Below are positions 63,701-64,000 of a stretch of DNA of 64,000 nt, in pieces. The DNA lies in contig NEEC01000019.1 of the NCBI GenBank assembly GCA_002189035.1, positions 930,001 through 994,000 on the forward strand, in the 5' to 3' direction. Under the pieces are notes generated by a model, which ran no database searches, was not told the DNA's origin, and saw only the letters and a list, made by a program, of their open reading frames with translations. Numbering within the stretch: position 1 is the stretch's first letter; every line of letters begins with the position of its first letter. The translations under genes and the position numbers were made by a program. Source of the stretch: Utricularia gibba. Lineage: Eukaryota > Plantae > Magnoliophyta.

Positions 63701-64000
63701 TATAGAATTTATGCTAGTCAATCCTCTATTTCAGAATTATTGAGAAAAAAAAATCAAACTGTTGTATGGCACTGGGACCATGAGTAGGCCACAAATATGA
63801 ACCTACAAATTTTGGTACTTACACACCCCAAGCGGTAGAGAGTATCCGCATAGTCAGCGTGCCCTTCCCCCAATATACGGCGCTTTATCTAAGGAATCAA
63901 ATTTTACAGAAAATCACATTTCGTCTTCATAATCAATTAAAATAAAAGATCCCATATCTTGTTACAAAAGAAAGACTCACCTTCACAGCCTTCTGCAGAA
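60729..64000 (-). CDS. WTG1: TPR / kinesin-light-chain-like repeat protein (WTG1/At5g53080-like); 5' part beyond window
   Basis: Exons IKRRILGEGHADYADTLYRLG, VLNLQGHVEEAEDLLLNSIRILE, CVKRMRYLSQ, GWRSMDTNIAAEQLAL, LQSLE, AIKQCFSSYK and VKAEYVSCLRRIS..TVV* match the remembered At5g53080 protein. Confidence 0.8.

Noticed and set aside
1-64000. CRISPR arrays, operons, tRNA/rRNA genes, autonomous transposons
   Set aside because: None seen; the sequence is intron-containing plant DNA with no transposase or RT ORF in the track.

Overview
Eukaryotic (flowering-plant, eudicot) nuclear DNA. There are no prokaryotic, CRISPR, rRNA or tRNA features that I can support. The region is very gene-dense: 18 protein-coding genes in 64 kb, mostly with 70-130 bp introns, separated by short AT-rich spacers carrying MITE-like remnants. 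Gene order: MOS4/SPF27 (5'-truncated), SMG7-like, a small ER membrane protein (PKR1-like), LEA, SPL3-type SBP gene, DEG15, FES1-like CCCH, RLP4, ERF12, a second class-II ERF, E6-like, RLT1, HSL1, GBPL3, ARF3/ETT, MIF, an EAR-motif GATA factor, and a WTG1-like TPR gene (its 5' part lies beyond the window). From memory this order matches the Arabidopsis At1g28260-At1g28440 / At2g33810-At2g33860 blocks. I did not find a convincingly new biological system. The best leads are: three one-base G-run frameshifts in E6-like and RLT1 (probably assembly errors), two unexplained GC-rich islands (7.8-8.7 kb and 38.6-39.05 kb, the latter with ATGA-coupled ORFs), two orphan promoter-like modules with no gene, a GATA repressor needing a GC-AG intron, GCC boxes around two ERF repressors, and extremely tight gene packing that predicts cis-antisense or read-through transcripts. 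Exon models were deduced by hand from GT/AG sites and remembered homolog sequences; no database search was run.
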